This document shows, in pieces, positions 37,796 through 50,314 of a stretch of DNA of 64,000 bases. A model generated the notes under the pieces. That model was not told the DNA's origin. It searched no databases and saw only the letters and a program-made list of their open reading frames with translations. The position numbers and the translations under genes were made by a program. Numbering within the stretch: position 1 is the stretch's first letter; each line of letters opens with the position of its first letter. The DNA comes from Eledone cirrhosa (lineage: Eukaryota): contig OZ024747.1 in NCBI GenBank assembly GCA_964016885.1, forward strand, positions 33,046,001 through 33,110,000, given 5' to 3'.

Positions 37796-37932
37796 ATACC
37801 CATCTGCCAGATAGTTGAACGTTCGAAAGTATATACTTTCCTTATGAAAATTAACGGCCGAGCAGCCTAATAATAAGCAGCCTATAATAAGCGTCCGCTA
37901 AACTGATACGTACATATATGTATGTGTACCTG

Positions 37933-38000
<68 letters not shown>

Positions 38001-38236
38001 TGCTACTGTACGTCTGTATACAGATATGTATGTACGTATACATACATACTTACATTTAAGTAAGTGCCGTACTAAGAGTGAGAAATGAAATTTGGTTTTC
38101 ATTTTATTACAACTCATCGCCTTCGGTGCGCCTGACCGATTTAACTCACTCGATATGCAAATTAGGCTGCTCAGCCGTTAATTTTCATAAGGAAAGTATA
38201 TACTTTCGAACGTTCAACTATCTGGCAGATGGGTAT

Positions 38237-38279
38237 ACGGTGCTAATGATAGCTAACAAGCTTGAAACTAGTACATCGT
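38237..38279 (+). ncRNA. Type I hammerhead motif, family H6 (G5A damaged core)
   Basis: ACGGTG-CTaATGA-tAGCT aaca AGCTt-GAAA-ctag-TA|CATCGT. Confidence 0.7.
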
Positions 38280-38430
38280 TCCTGTGTCAGTGTTGAACAA
38301 AAAGGTGACGTGGTTGCCTTAACACCGTGCGGCATAAATTCAGGCTGTTCAGTTTGTTTACAAACGAACAAAGCGGGCGCTATAATAAGCGTCCGCTAAA
38401 CTGATACGTACATATATGTATGTGTACCTG

Positions 38431-38518
<88 letters not shown>

Positions 38519-38671
38519 TGCTACTGTACGTCTGTATACATATATGTATGTACGTATACATATATGTATGTACGTATACATACATACTTACATATAAGTG
38601 CCGTACTAAGAGTGAGAAATGAAATTTCGTTTTCATTTTATTACAACGTATATATATTTATATATATATAT

Positions 38672-38786
<115 letters not shown>

Positions 38787-38813
38787 TATATATTTATATA
38801 TATATATATGTTA

Positions 38814-38890
<77 letters not shown>

Positions 38891-39105
38891 GTTAAAAATG
38901 TACATCCACATATGTATACTGAAATACTAGTATGCATATGAATACACACACGTATACATATGTAGATGTACCGAGTTTTTCACTGGTCACTTTACTGTGA
39001 GTGTCCAGCTATTCTGTATGTAAACACACAGACAAACCGGTTTTTAGAGTCATACTGGTTTTTGAGGAAACACCTTTCCTCTATTCTCCAGAAAGCCAGA
39101 CAAGG

Positions 39106-39150
39106 AATATTGAACTAGTTTCGTTGTTGTTACAACTCATCAGCAATATT
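39106..39150 (-). ncRNA. Type I hammerhead motif, family H5
   Basis: Exact reverse complement of 39908-39952. Confidence 0.85.
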
Positions 39151-39907
39151 TACCTATCTTCCGGCCTTTCTAGAGAATCGTAAAAGCACATATCGTTATA
39201 TGCTTTTTCTATGAAAATTAGTAGTGGGCAGACTAATTTGCATAGAGCGTGAGTACGTACCGGTTCAACGGAGACGATAAAAACAAATAACGAAACGAAA
39301 TTAAATTTCGTTTCGTTTGTAACTCACTTTTGTATGACTGACGCTTAAACAATTAAGTTAAAAATGTACATCCACATATGTATACTGAAATACTAGTATG
39401 CATATGAATACACACAAATTAGTCTGCCCACTACTAATTTTCATAGAAAAAGCATATAACGATATGTGCTTTTACGATTCTCTAGAAAGGCCGGAAGATA
39501 GGTAAATATTGAGGAAAGGTGTTTCCTCAAAAACCAGTATGACTCTAAAAACCGGTTTGTCTGTGTGTTTACATACAGAATAGCTGGACACTCACAGTAA
39601 AGTGACCAGTGAAAAACTCGGTACATCTACATATGTATACGTGTGTGTATTCATATGCATACTAGTATTTCAGTATACATATGTGGATGTACATTTTTAA
39701 CTTAATTGTTTAAGCGTCAGTCATACAAAAGTGAGTTACAAACGAAACGAAATTTAATTTCGTTTCGTTATTTGTTTTTATCGTCTCCGTTGAACCGGTA
39801 CGTACTCACGCTCTATGCAAATTAGTCTGCCCACTACTAATTTTCATAGAAAAAGCATATAACGATATGTGCTTTTACGATTCTCTAGAAAGGCCGGAAG
39901 ATAGGTA

Positions 39908-39952
39908 AATATTGCTGATGAGTTGTAACAACAACGAAACTAGTTCAATATT
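39908..39952 (+). ncRNA. Type I hammerhead motif, family H5
   Basis: AATATTG-CTGATGA-GTTGT aaca ACAAC-GAAA-ctag-TT|CAATATT; perfect 7-bp stem I, 5-bp stem II, AACTAGTT palindrome. Confidence 0.87.
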
Positions 39953-40274
39953 CCTTGTCTGGCTTTCTGGAGAATAGAGGAAAGGTGTTTCCTCAAAAAC
40001 CAGTATGACTCTAAACACCGGTTTGTCTGTGTGTTTACATACAGAATAGCTGGACACTCACAATAAAGTGACCAGTGAAAAACTCGGTACATCTACATAT
40101 GTATACGTGTGTGTATTCATATGCATACTAGTATTTCAGTATACATATGTGGATGTACATTTTTAACTTAATTGTTTAAGCGTCAGTCATACAAAAGTGA
40201 GTTACAAACGAAACGAAATTTAATTTCGTTTCGTTATTTGTTTTTATATATATATATATAAATGTATATATATT

Positions 40275-40311
<37 letters not shown>

Positions 40312-40605
40312 AATTGTACATCTATGTATATGTGTGTGTGTGTACGTGTGTATATATGTATATATAGGTGTACGTATGATTATATATGTGTGTGTGCGCC
40401 TGTGTATGCATGAGAGCGTGTGGGTGTATGTGTGTGTGTATATATATATATAGAGAGAGGGAGGATAACAATTGTTAGACCGTAAATAAATCTCCTTTTT
40501 TGTACTGTTGACCATGTTATTCTCCACTTTTTCAATTATATATATATATTTGTGTGTGTATGTATATGTATATATATATAAAATATATATATATATATAT
40601 ATATG

Positions 40606-40684
<79 letters not shown>

Positions 40685-41256
40685 ATATATTTGTATATGT
40701 GTATGTGTATGTATATGTCTATATGAATACGTATGTATGTAAACACATATATGTATATGTGTATGTATATATTTGTATGTATGTATATGTCTATACGTAC
40801 CATTATATATGTTTGTTGTGTGTGTGCCTGCCTGTGAGTGAGTGCGTGTATGTGTATGTACGTGTGTAAGTGAGCCCGTGTGTGAATGTGTTTGTCGACA
40901 CCTGAATCCAACAAATGAATCTGTTGATGGAACCCTTTCTGCCTTTGTCACCCTTAAAGATTTATCTTCTAAATAATTTGCCTTTTCTTTAAACCATTGA
41001 ACCCCACCCATCCTGTAGACACCTGTTTTACAGCCATTGTTACTTTAAGTGATAAACAAGGATTGGTATTCCAATTTTGAACTTGTTTACAGTATTCTTT
41101 CTGCTTTTGTTAATTTTAGAACTTTAAAGAATTAGCTTTTAATGAACTCCCTTTTCTTTAATTCCTTCAACCAATGACCTACACCCATCCCAATCCCCAC
41201 CCTCTCCTACCACCAGAAAAGAAAAGATATAAATACCACCACCCACTCGGACAGCC

Positions 41257-41307
41257 AGCTTCCTGATGATTTCTCACGAATGAAACAGTTCTAGTCCTGT
41301 AGAAGCT
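41257..41307 (+). ncRNA. Type I hammerhead motif, family H1 (in unit 40907-41390)
   Basis: AGCTTC-CTGATGA-tTTC tcac GAAt-GAAA-CAG ttctagtc CTG-TA|GAAGCT. Confidence 0.87.
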
Positions 41308-41727
41308 CTTCTATATTAAAACATTTATCCTCTGCAATGTATTGAGTACTTTACTTACTGTGGCTACCTCTGATTTAACCCGGAATAACTTATGTATATA
41401 TATATAAGTGGTAACAAAATATTGTTATAGGTAAATATCGTTATAGGTTGTGCATACTCTGTATAATGGATAGTTTTAGCGTACGGCGTTGTTTGACTCA
41501 ACAAGAGGTTTACGTAGTTGGCGAGTGTATGATTTCACTTGTATTCCTATATAAGTTTATCTTGGAGTAATATAATTGAAAAAGTGAAGAATAACATGGT
41601 CAAAAGTACAAAAAATGGATTTATTTACAGTCTGACAATTGTTTCACTCATGAGTTGTCTAAACATTGCTGAACACTTGGAGCTCTGCCACTCAATTTCA
41701 AATGCGTTGTTAGCTCAACCAGATCAT

Positions 41728-41802
<75 letters not shown>

Positions 41803-42412
41803 CAATGATATTAATAAATGGAAACTATATTTATAAAACCATATTTATTCTATTATATATATTTCAAAGGTACCAAAACATCAGAAAAAATACAAAGTTT
41901 GTTTTATAAATATTGACATACCCTGGAATGAGACCTTAACAGTTCAAGTTTCGACTGGCGAAACTTGAACCGTATATAATATATATGAATATTATATATA
42001 TATATATATATATAATTAGGGGATGAAATAGGAGTAAGGCGTAACCCGAGAAGACAACTTGACACTGCACACATTACTAGTAGCAGACGACGAAATAAGA
42101 ATATATCTAGAATAGAGGAAAGGTGTTTCCTCAAAAACCAGTATGACTCTAAAAACCGGTTTGTCTGTGTGTTTACATACAGAATAGCTGGACACTCACA
42201 ATAAAGTGACCAGTGAAAAACTCGGTACATCTACATATGTATACGTGTGTGTATTCATATGCATACTAGTATTTCAGTATACATATGTGGATGTACATTT
42301 TTAACTTAATTGTTTAAGCGTCAGTCATACAAAAGTGAGTTACAAACGAAACGAAATTTAATTTCGTTTCGTTATTTGTTTTTATATATATATATATAAA
42401 TGTATATATATT

Positions 42413-42449
<37 letters not shown>

Positions 42450-42743
42450 AATTGTACATCTATGTATATGTGTGTGTGTGTACGTGTGTATATATGTATA
42501 TATAGGTGTACGTATGATTATATATGTGTGTGTGCGCCTGTGTATGCATGAGAGCGTGTGGGTGTATGTGTGTGTGTATATATATATATAGAGAGAGGGA
42601 GGATAACAATTGTTAGACCGTAAATAAATCTCCTTTTTTGTACTGTTGACCATGTTATTCTCCACTTTTTCAATTATATATATATATTTGTGTGTGTATG
42701 TATATGTATATATATATAAAATATATATATATATATATATATG

Positions 42744-42826
<83 letters not shown>

Positions 42827-43398
42827 ATATATTTGTATATGTGTATGTGTATGTATATGTCTATATGAATACGTATGTATGTAAACACATATATGTATAT
42901 GTGTATGTATATATTTGTATGTATGTATATGTCTATACGTACCATTATATATGTTTGTTGTGTGTGTGCCTGCCTGTGAGTGAGTGCGTGTATGTGTATG
43001 TACGTGTGTAAGTGAGCCCGTGTGTGAATGTGTTTGTCGACACCTGAATCCAACAAATGAATCTGTTGATGGAACCCTTTCTGCCTTTGTCACCCTTAAA
43101 GATTTATCTTCTAAATAATTTGCCTTTTCTTTAAACCATTGAACCCCACCCATCCTGTAGACACCTGTTTTACAGCCATTGTTACTTTAAGTGATAAACA
43201 AGGATTGGTATTCCAATTTTGAACTTGTTTACAGTATTCTTTCTGCTTTTGTTAATTTTAGAACTTTAAAGAATTAGCTTTTAATGAACTCCCTTTTCTT
43301 TAATTCCTTCAACCAATGACCTACACCCATCCCAATCCCCACCCTCTCCTACCACCAGAAAAGAAAAGATATAAATACCACCACCCACTCGGACAGCC

Positions 43399-43449
43399 AG
43401 CTTCCTGATGATTTCTCACGAATGAAACAGTTCTAGTCCTGTAGAAGCT
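43399..43449 (+). ncRNA. Type I hammerhead motif, family H1 (duplicate)
   Basis: Identical to 41257-41307. Confidence 0.87.
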
Positions 43450-43869
43450 CTTCTATATTAAAACATTTATCCTCTGCAATGTATTGAGTACTTTACTTAC
43501 TGTGGCTACCTCTGATTTAACCCGGAATAACTTATGTATATATATATAAGTGGTAACAAAATATTGTTATAGGTAAATATCGTTATAGGTTGTGCATACT
43601 CTGTATAATGGATAGTTTTAGCGTACGGCGTTGTTTGACTCAACAAGAGGTTTACGTAGTTGGCGAGTGTATGATTTCACTTGTATTCCTATATAAGTTT
43701 ATCTTGGAGTAATATAATTGAAAAAGTGAAGAATAACATGGTCAAAAGTACAAAAAATGGATTTATTTACAGTCTGACAATTGTTTCACTCATGAGTTGT
43801 CTAAACATTGCTGAACACTTGGAGCTCTGCCACTCAATTTCAAATGCGTTGTTAGCTCAACCAGATCAT

Positions 43870-43922
<53 letters not shown>

Positions 43923-43937
43923 CAATGATATTAATAA

Positions 43938-44853
43938 ACTGCACACATTACTAGTAGCAGACGACGAAATAAGAATATATCTAGAAAAATAACAAGGTTC
44001 AATGCACCGGACTCGAAGCATGTATGCACCAATGTGCCAGGCCTCTTCTTCAGGGCATTGGACGAGTGTTTCCCGGCATCGCACAGATACCACAAAATAT
44101 TCAACCGCCACACCGTGAAGTTCTCCTTTTCCACGGCACCTAACATGGCAGACTACATGGCCAAGGCCAACGGAATGAAAATGAGGACACCCCATCGCCA
44201 AACTTTACAGGCCTCGGGCACATCGGCTGAGGGGAGCGCATGGGGAAGTGGCTAGGGGTTCTGAAGATGTGCTTGGGGTCGGAGCTGTGGCCGTGGAGGA
44301 CGCAAAACTTGACAACAGAGACCAGCAAGTAGTGAACACTCAGTCCACCAATATGCCAGAAGACCATATGAGGACCGGGGAGAACCCAAATAAGACGTCA
44401 GGCCCACATGAAAGGAATGACAAAATGATGCACGGACATGTGACTGCCGTGTAGGTGAGCATTGCCCTCTGCAGGGAATGTGCCTGAGAAAGGGCGTTGT
44501 CTACAGATGTGTGGTTACCACGCAAAATGATAGGCACACCCACGACTTTTAAATCGAGGATATACAACCACAAGACTCATTCAAAGACAGGAACAAGAGA
44601 CACATCACCAGACTGGCGGACCTAATATGGGGACTCAAAGACAGTGGCACGGAGTTTGACCTCAGCTGGAGTATTGTCCAGCGCGCGAATGCATACTCGG
44701 CTGGCGAGATTAGGTGCAGGTTGGGCCTGTCCGAGGCTATGGAGATAATAAAACTAAAGGTTGACGCAGTCATCCTCAAATCTGAACATAGCCTGCAGAC
44801 ACCAACGTAAATGCATGCCCTCCGCTTTAGTGATACCGGATGGGTCTATCTAA
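43938..44853 (+). mobile_element. GC-richer PLE 3' fragment (linker plus GIY-YIG); its 5' piece lies at about 42016-42112
   Basis: RKITRFNAP..KHVCTNVPGLFFRALDECFP.SHRYHKIFNRHTVKFSFS..PNMA, CDCR...CPLQG.C, VVYRC, FKSRIYNH, LADLIWGLK, WSIV.RA.AY. Confidence 0.85.
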
Positions 44854-45738
44854 GGCCCTACCGGTACGAAAATGGCAAGTGGGGCGCATTCAGCGGAACA
44901 CGATATGCCATAGCATACCTATGAATACAAGGCGGAACAAGCTGATTCAAGGGCAGATCCAACGATACCTACCTCGTAACGTACATAGGATAGCACCGTC
45001 CCACCAACTTGGGGACGCCGACTCAATATGAGTCTGATTTTGTTTACAACCTTATATGTGGTTTTGAATTTGAATTTGAATTTTTGATTTTTAATTTTTA
45101 ATCATCTATTTTTAATTTTCGAGTCTTGATGTTTAATTTGCAACTTTGATATTGGACTTGATGTTGGACTTAAGGTTAATGTTGCAATTAATTCTAACTT
45201 TGCCTGCCCTTGCTATGTGTATGCCTACAACACAAGCCGTTGGTATATTCCACTTATTCATCAATTCCATGTACATTTCATATATACTATTATGAAAAAG
45301 ATATTCTAAACATTCACAGTATATATAACTTGTTTGTGTATACACACCCGTTCCCTTGTGTCCACCCGTCATGAAACCTGTCTCATGTGCATGGTTGATG
45401 TGACGGTTCGTACCCAGTCCCTTGAATCTTCAGTCCTTCAGTATCTTATATAACTCTATGCATCACAGTCTTCAAGTATTTTATGCAAATTTATGCAAAT
45501 CCCAATAATGTCCTGGTGGCGTGAACAGATACCCACTTTGTATCTTTTTCGTCAGGTGAAAATGAATTGTCTTCAAATCCTTGATATGAGGGAGAAAATT
45601 AACGATTTTCACTCAGAGAAGATGACCCTCATATGAAGATCAAGCAGTCAAAACACGGCGACTGCTTTCGTCTTCAGTTAGGGTCATAAAACTATCAAGT
45701 CTCTATCTCCCAATAGCTGTAAAAGTCTCTGGACATCA

Positions 45739-45945
45739 ATCAAATCTGTAGAATTCCAGTCGGTCACAGTTAATGTGAGTGTGTACACACTCACACACAC
45801 CGACGCGAGGTCAAAGAAAAAATATATACATATACATACATAGCTTCAAATCTGTAGAACTACAGACGGTCACAATTAGTGTGAGTGAGTACACACACAC
45901 TCACACACACCGACGCGAGGTCAAAGAAAAAATATATAAATATAC
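45739..45945. repeat. About 106-bp tandem duplication
   Basis: TCAAATCTGTAGAA...CGGTCACA...CACACACCGACGCGAGGTCAAAGAAAAAA present twice. Confidence 0.85.
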
Positions 45946-46725
45946 CAACATAGTATTCACCAAAAGTTAGTTTACAAAACAACAAATGTCATATTGGTCA
46001 AATCTCAACTTGACGATGTAAATTGGAAAAATTGGGTCAACCGCAACCCTATACACATGCAAGTAAGTTCAGTTCAATGTTCTGCTATACGTGTATAGAT
46101 TGAATTGTAACATCCGTATCTCCAAATAGTGTATGTATGGTATATACACATCCATGTGAAGAGCAAGTAGTCAGCTCATATCGAACTCAGTATGTCCCAT
46201 TGAGAATCTGAGTCCCCAAATCTGTGCGTGCAAGCAACCGCTATGTAGGCCACCAAGGGGCTCTGTATAGGGTTCGGTATTTGGGTTAAGGTGTCAGTAT
46301 GTGCGTTTTCCCGTCATATGAGCCCTTGGGCTTTTAAGTGATGGAGGTGTGTTATTCAACACAACAATAAAAATAAAATAAAATAACAAAGAATAGCAAA
46401 ACCTAGAGGATTAGATGATCACGGATCAAAACCTAGTGTAGTGTTCAATCGATAGGAACGTGACCAGTAATAACTGTGAGAACTCCGTGTCTAAAGAAAC
46501 CGGGTACTGTGTATAGAGAGCGTAATCGATCTTAACTGAGTGTCTAATACGTCTAGCTATATCCTAACCGAGAGAACTCAATGGTTAGTGTATCCTAAAG
46601 TAATGGTGAATGCGCGTAATCGGTCTTACCTGAGTGTGTAACCATTCTAACTATTTACTAACTAGGTATTCTAATGTGCAATCAGCTGTGTGAACTCTGT
46701 GAGAACTCATGTTTATTTAAAAATA

Positions 46726-46765
46726 GCACCTACCTACGTTTCGCCCGAAAGAGCTTCTCAAGGGC
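46726..46765 (-). ncRNA. Type I hammerhead motif, family H3, in a diverged unit (about 46710-47005)
   Basis: Minus strand GCCC-TTGAGAA-GCTC tttc GGGC-GAAA-cgtagg-TA|GGtGC; the flank is homologous to 30460-30700. Confidence 0.72.
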
Positions 46766-47026
46766 ATAAAAAAACTAAAAAGCGTTCCTTACATGACCCG
46801 GAATGGGTTTTTAGAAATAAGTTCACGTCACAGTTCATTCTTCGTAAAAAAAACATGTATTGATTTTGCAGTAGGTCAAGGGAGATAACTCTAAACGGTG
46901 TTAGAGCAGTATTCTCCAGGCAACTTTTTATCCGTTATTACTTTGTGGTAGAAGCTCTCTGTCAAACGTATTGTAACGTTGCTCTGCTGGTTTTAGTTGG
47001 CGTGAGATAAACGCCAGTGGTTGAAC

Positions 47027-49055
47027 CTAGTGATCGATCGCATGTTGCAAAACTGCACCAACAGCATGATCGAATGCATCAACAGATAAGGAAAGTCGTG
47101 CGTTTGCAACAAGATGGGCAAGGAAGGAAACTTTAGCTATCTCAGACTTGACGGATTCAAAAGATTGCAAGGCATCGGCAGAAAGTGAAATAGGAGCATC
47201 TTTCTTTTTTGGAGCCTTTAAAAACTGTGTCAAGGGGATCAACTTGTCCGCACAGTTAGGAATGAAACGACGATAAAAGTTAATTAATCCCAAGAAATGG
47301 CGTAATTGTTTCAAGGATGTTGGTTGTGCGATATGCTGAATCGCTTCTACCTTAGATGGCAAAGGTCGAATGCCTTCTGAATCTATAAGATGTCCAAGGA
47401 ATTCCAGTGAATCTGTACCAAACACACATTTAGCTGGGTTGATTCTGACCTGGTACCATTGGAGACGTTGAAATAACTGGGATAGATGTTGATGATGATG
47501 TTCAACTGTGTCACTGGCTATCAGGAGATCATCTACGTAAGCAAACACGAAATCCAATCCACGCGTGACTTCATCGATAAAACGTTGGAACGTACTAGAG
47601 GCGTTCCGCAAACCAAAAGGCATGGACAGAAATTCAAACGAACCAAAAGGGGTGGTCACAGCTGTTTTTGGTATGTCTTCTGGATGCATGGGTATTTGAT
47701 GGTAAGCGCGTACCAGATCTATTTTAGAAAATATCTTGCATCCATGCAGAACGGATGAAAAATCATGTAAATTTGGTAGAGGATAACGATCAGGGGTAGT
47801 GATAGCATCAAGTTGTCTATAATCTCCCACAGGTCTAAAATCCGCCTCACCCTTACGAGCCAAATGAAGCGGATATGCGCATGGGCTGGTGGACGGTCGT
47901 ATAAGACCGAGCTGGAGCATGTGCTCGAACTCGTTTCGTGCTTTTTTTAGTCTATCCGGAGCCAACCTTCGTGGACGAGAGAAAACAGGTGGACCAGTTG
48001 TTGTAACGAAGTGTTGATTCGAGTGGGCTGCTTGGGTAGGTTTAAATGAAATATCCGTTAACTCGGGAAACGAAGTAAGGAGTGCATGAAACTGGCTTCC
48101 AGCGGCAGCCACAAAAAATAACGGACTTACAGTAGTAGTGGTAGATTTACGAGTAGGCGTAGATAAGGATGTTGTACTATCCTCAAGTTTCTGGTTCCCG
48201 ATATCTACCAAAAGTGAATAGTGCTGTAAGAAATCCGCACCGAGAATAGGATGAGGTAGGTCAGCAATGACAAAAATCCATTTGAAATCTCGACGCAAAG
48301 CTAGGTCCAATGATAAAGATATCTGTTTTATAGGAGACTGGTTTACTGCATACAAGGAAATACCGGAAAGAGTTGGCTTCGTAGAGTTGAACCAAAGAGG
48401 CCAAATACTGCAACTAAATCCTGTGTCCACCATAAATGATTTGTTTGAAACTCGGCCTCTGATGAAGAAAGCACGATAAGGTGAATTGTTAAGGGAGAGG
48501 TCTGCTGTGTTCATACTCTCCAAACTTAGTTTTTTCGATGCCCCAAAAGGGCAGGGCTGAATACAATGTTTCGCCTTTTCACGAAAACGCATGTGATACC
48601 AACACATAGACGAGTTGTTGGCGGGGAGGTTGGCGCGACGGTGAAAGGAAGAAGACCGACTTCGTGAACGCCATCTAGATGGCGTGCAATCCCTACATGG
48701 TTTAGCTACTTTCCTAGTTAACGCCTCAATGGCTCTCAACATTGAGTCCTCACGAGGTGAAGCAGGCTGGGTTTTGAAAGCAGAAGAGGCAATGACCGAA
48801 TCAGCCGAGGTAGGTTCTCTAGAAAATTCCATAATTCTGTCCGCAGAGGCAGCAATTTGTTCTATCGAACTGGTGTCAACCGTATTCGCCAATATGGTTT
48901 GCACTTTGGTTGGCAAATGGGAGAAGAATAACTTTTTTACGAAGGAACTGTCTTCGGACGCAACATCATTGAGTTCACGGATACGCCGTAAAAACTCTGT
49001 AGGAGTTGTGTCCCCCAGATTTTCCTCCTCTAATAAGGAACGAAATTTACTCTGA
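47027..49055 (-). mobile_element. Ty3/Gypsy gag-pro-RT fragment (open frame), truncated in RNase H; no LTRs or integrase seen
   Basis: ORF 47027..48916: CWYH..F...A..C..PC, VDTG protease, [59 protein letters not shown]. The frame reads open to about 49055. Confidence 0.95.
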
Positions 49056-49254
49056 GAATTGCTGCTTCTACAGTATCCTCAGAGCAGAATGGTTCCATTC
49101 GGTAGAACGGTAGAAGCAGCATTTGAAAATTGAGTTTCTGCAAATAATTACCAATTTGCGCATAGCATGACTAGGCTGTATAACTACTGTTGAAACATTT
49201 GTAAGCACTCGGAATAAATTACCTTTTTATGATGTCTACCTGTTATTATTCATT

Positions 49255-49301
<47 letters not shown>

Positions 49302-49304
<3 letters not shown>

Positions 49305-50302
49305 CTTGGTCAGTGTCCAAGTCTCAGACCCATACAGCAGCACAGACTCCACTACAGCAATGAAGAGGCGGATTTTCAGGTCTCTACGAAGGTCCGACTT
49401 CCACACCGATCTCAAGCTGTGGCACGCCGCCCAGGCCTTGCTCTTCCTCTCAACCACATCATCCTCCGTATTCCCAATCTTTGCTCCCAAATACAGGAAG
49501 TCCTCAACCAATTCTAGCGGCTTCCCGCCTACATTAGTGATCCCCTCAGGCTTCTCAACATTCTCTACCAGATATTTTGTTTTAGTCTCATTCATTCTCA
49601 GCCCCACACTCATCGACACAGTCTCAACCTCCCGCATCAAATCCTCTGCCTCCTTCACTGTATTTGTCACCAAAACTATGTCGTCGGCAAATTCAGCATC
49701 CGATACCTTTTTCGCCCCAACTCTCCTGCTCTGAGCCGGTGCTACAGTAAAGCCAGAGTCCTGGTGTTTCTCCAGTGCAAGGCGCATACAATAGTCCACT
49801 ACGATGATAAAAAGGTAGGGAGCCAATGTATCTCCCTGGAGCACTCCAGTCAGTATCTCAAAGAACTCTGTCATCCCATCAGGTGTAATGACTTGGGCTT
49901 TGGTGTTGGTGTAGACCAAGAAACTCACTCAGATGGTGGATGGGTGCTACACGAGAATGTTGAGGATCGCTCTGAACATTAATCAGTATACACTGAGGAT
50001 GAAAAACTCAGAGCTGTATGGGAGCATCCCAAGAGTCAGCTCAAAAGTGACACAGAGGAGACTGAGGTTGGCTGGACATGCTCACCGACATCCAGAGTTG
50101 ACATTGCACTCAGTGCTCCTTTGGGAGCCCCTACATGGAGACACTAGAAGAGTAAGACCAAGGTTAACATATGTTGATGCCCTAAGGACAGACACTGGTC
50201 TGTTGGAGATGCAGGATATGGCAGCGATAATGAGGGACAGAGACCGCTGGAGAGAACTTGTCCATGGATCTCGGGAATTTTACCCGCCTTAGATAGATAG
50301 AT
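49302..50302. mobile_element. RTE-like LINE 3' part with 5' inversion (49302-49913 minus, 49914-50302 plus), (TAGA)n tail
   Basis: Minus: GVLQGDTLAPYLF, EFADD, FLYLG, LLYGSETWTLTKK. Plus continues TKKLTQMVDGCYTRMLR...RRLRLAGH. Confidence 0.92.
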
Positions 50303-50314
50303 ATATATATATAT

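Larger units (their letters stand above)
37645..38647. mobile_element. H6 unit: 227-bp inverted segment (37645-37871) plus about 1.5 tandem monomers (37882-38647, period about 497 bp)
   Basis: 37645-37871 is the reverse complement of 38161-38387; 37882-38113 repeats at about 38379-38647. Confidence 0.85.
38885..40245. mobile_element. H5 array of 466-bp monomers: about 1.1 units minus (38885-39415), then about 1.9 units plus (39416-40245)
   Basis: AATTAAGTTAAAAATG recurs at 38885 and 39351; AAATTAGTCTGCCC recurs at 39416 and 39819 (403 bp plus a 63-bp deletion). Both ends fall in (TA)n. Confidence 0.88.
39971..43938 (+). repeat. 1.83-1.85 kb near-identical direct duplication (39971-41818 and 42109-43938)
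   Basis: The sequences match except for (TA)n lengths and rare substitutions. Confidence 0.95.

Noticed and set aside
46180-46710. LTR of the adjacent Gypsy fragment
   Set aside because: It has an internal repeat of about 95 bp, but no matching second LTR, PPT or TG..CA ends could be identified, and an H3 unit intervenes.
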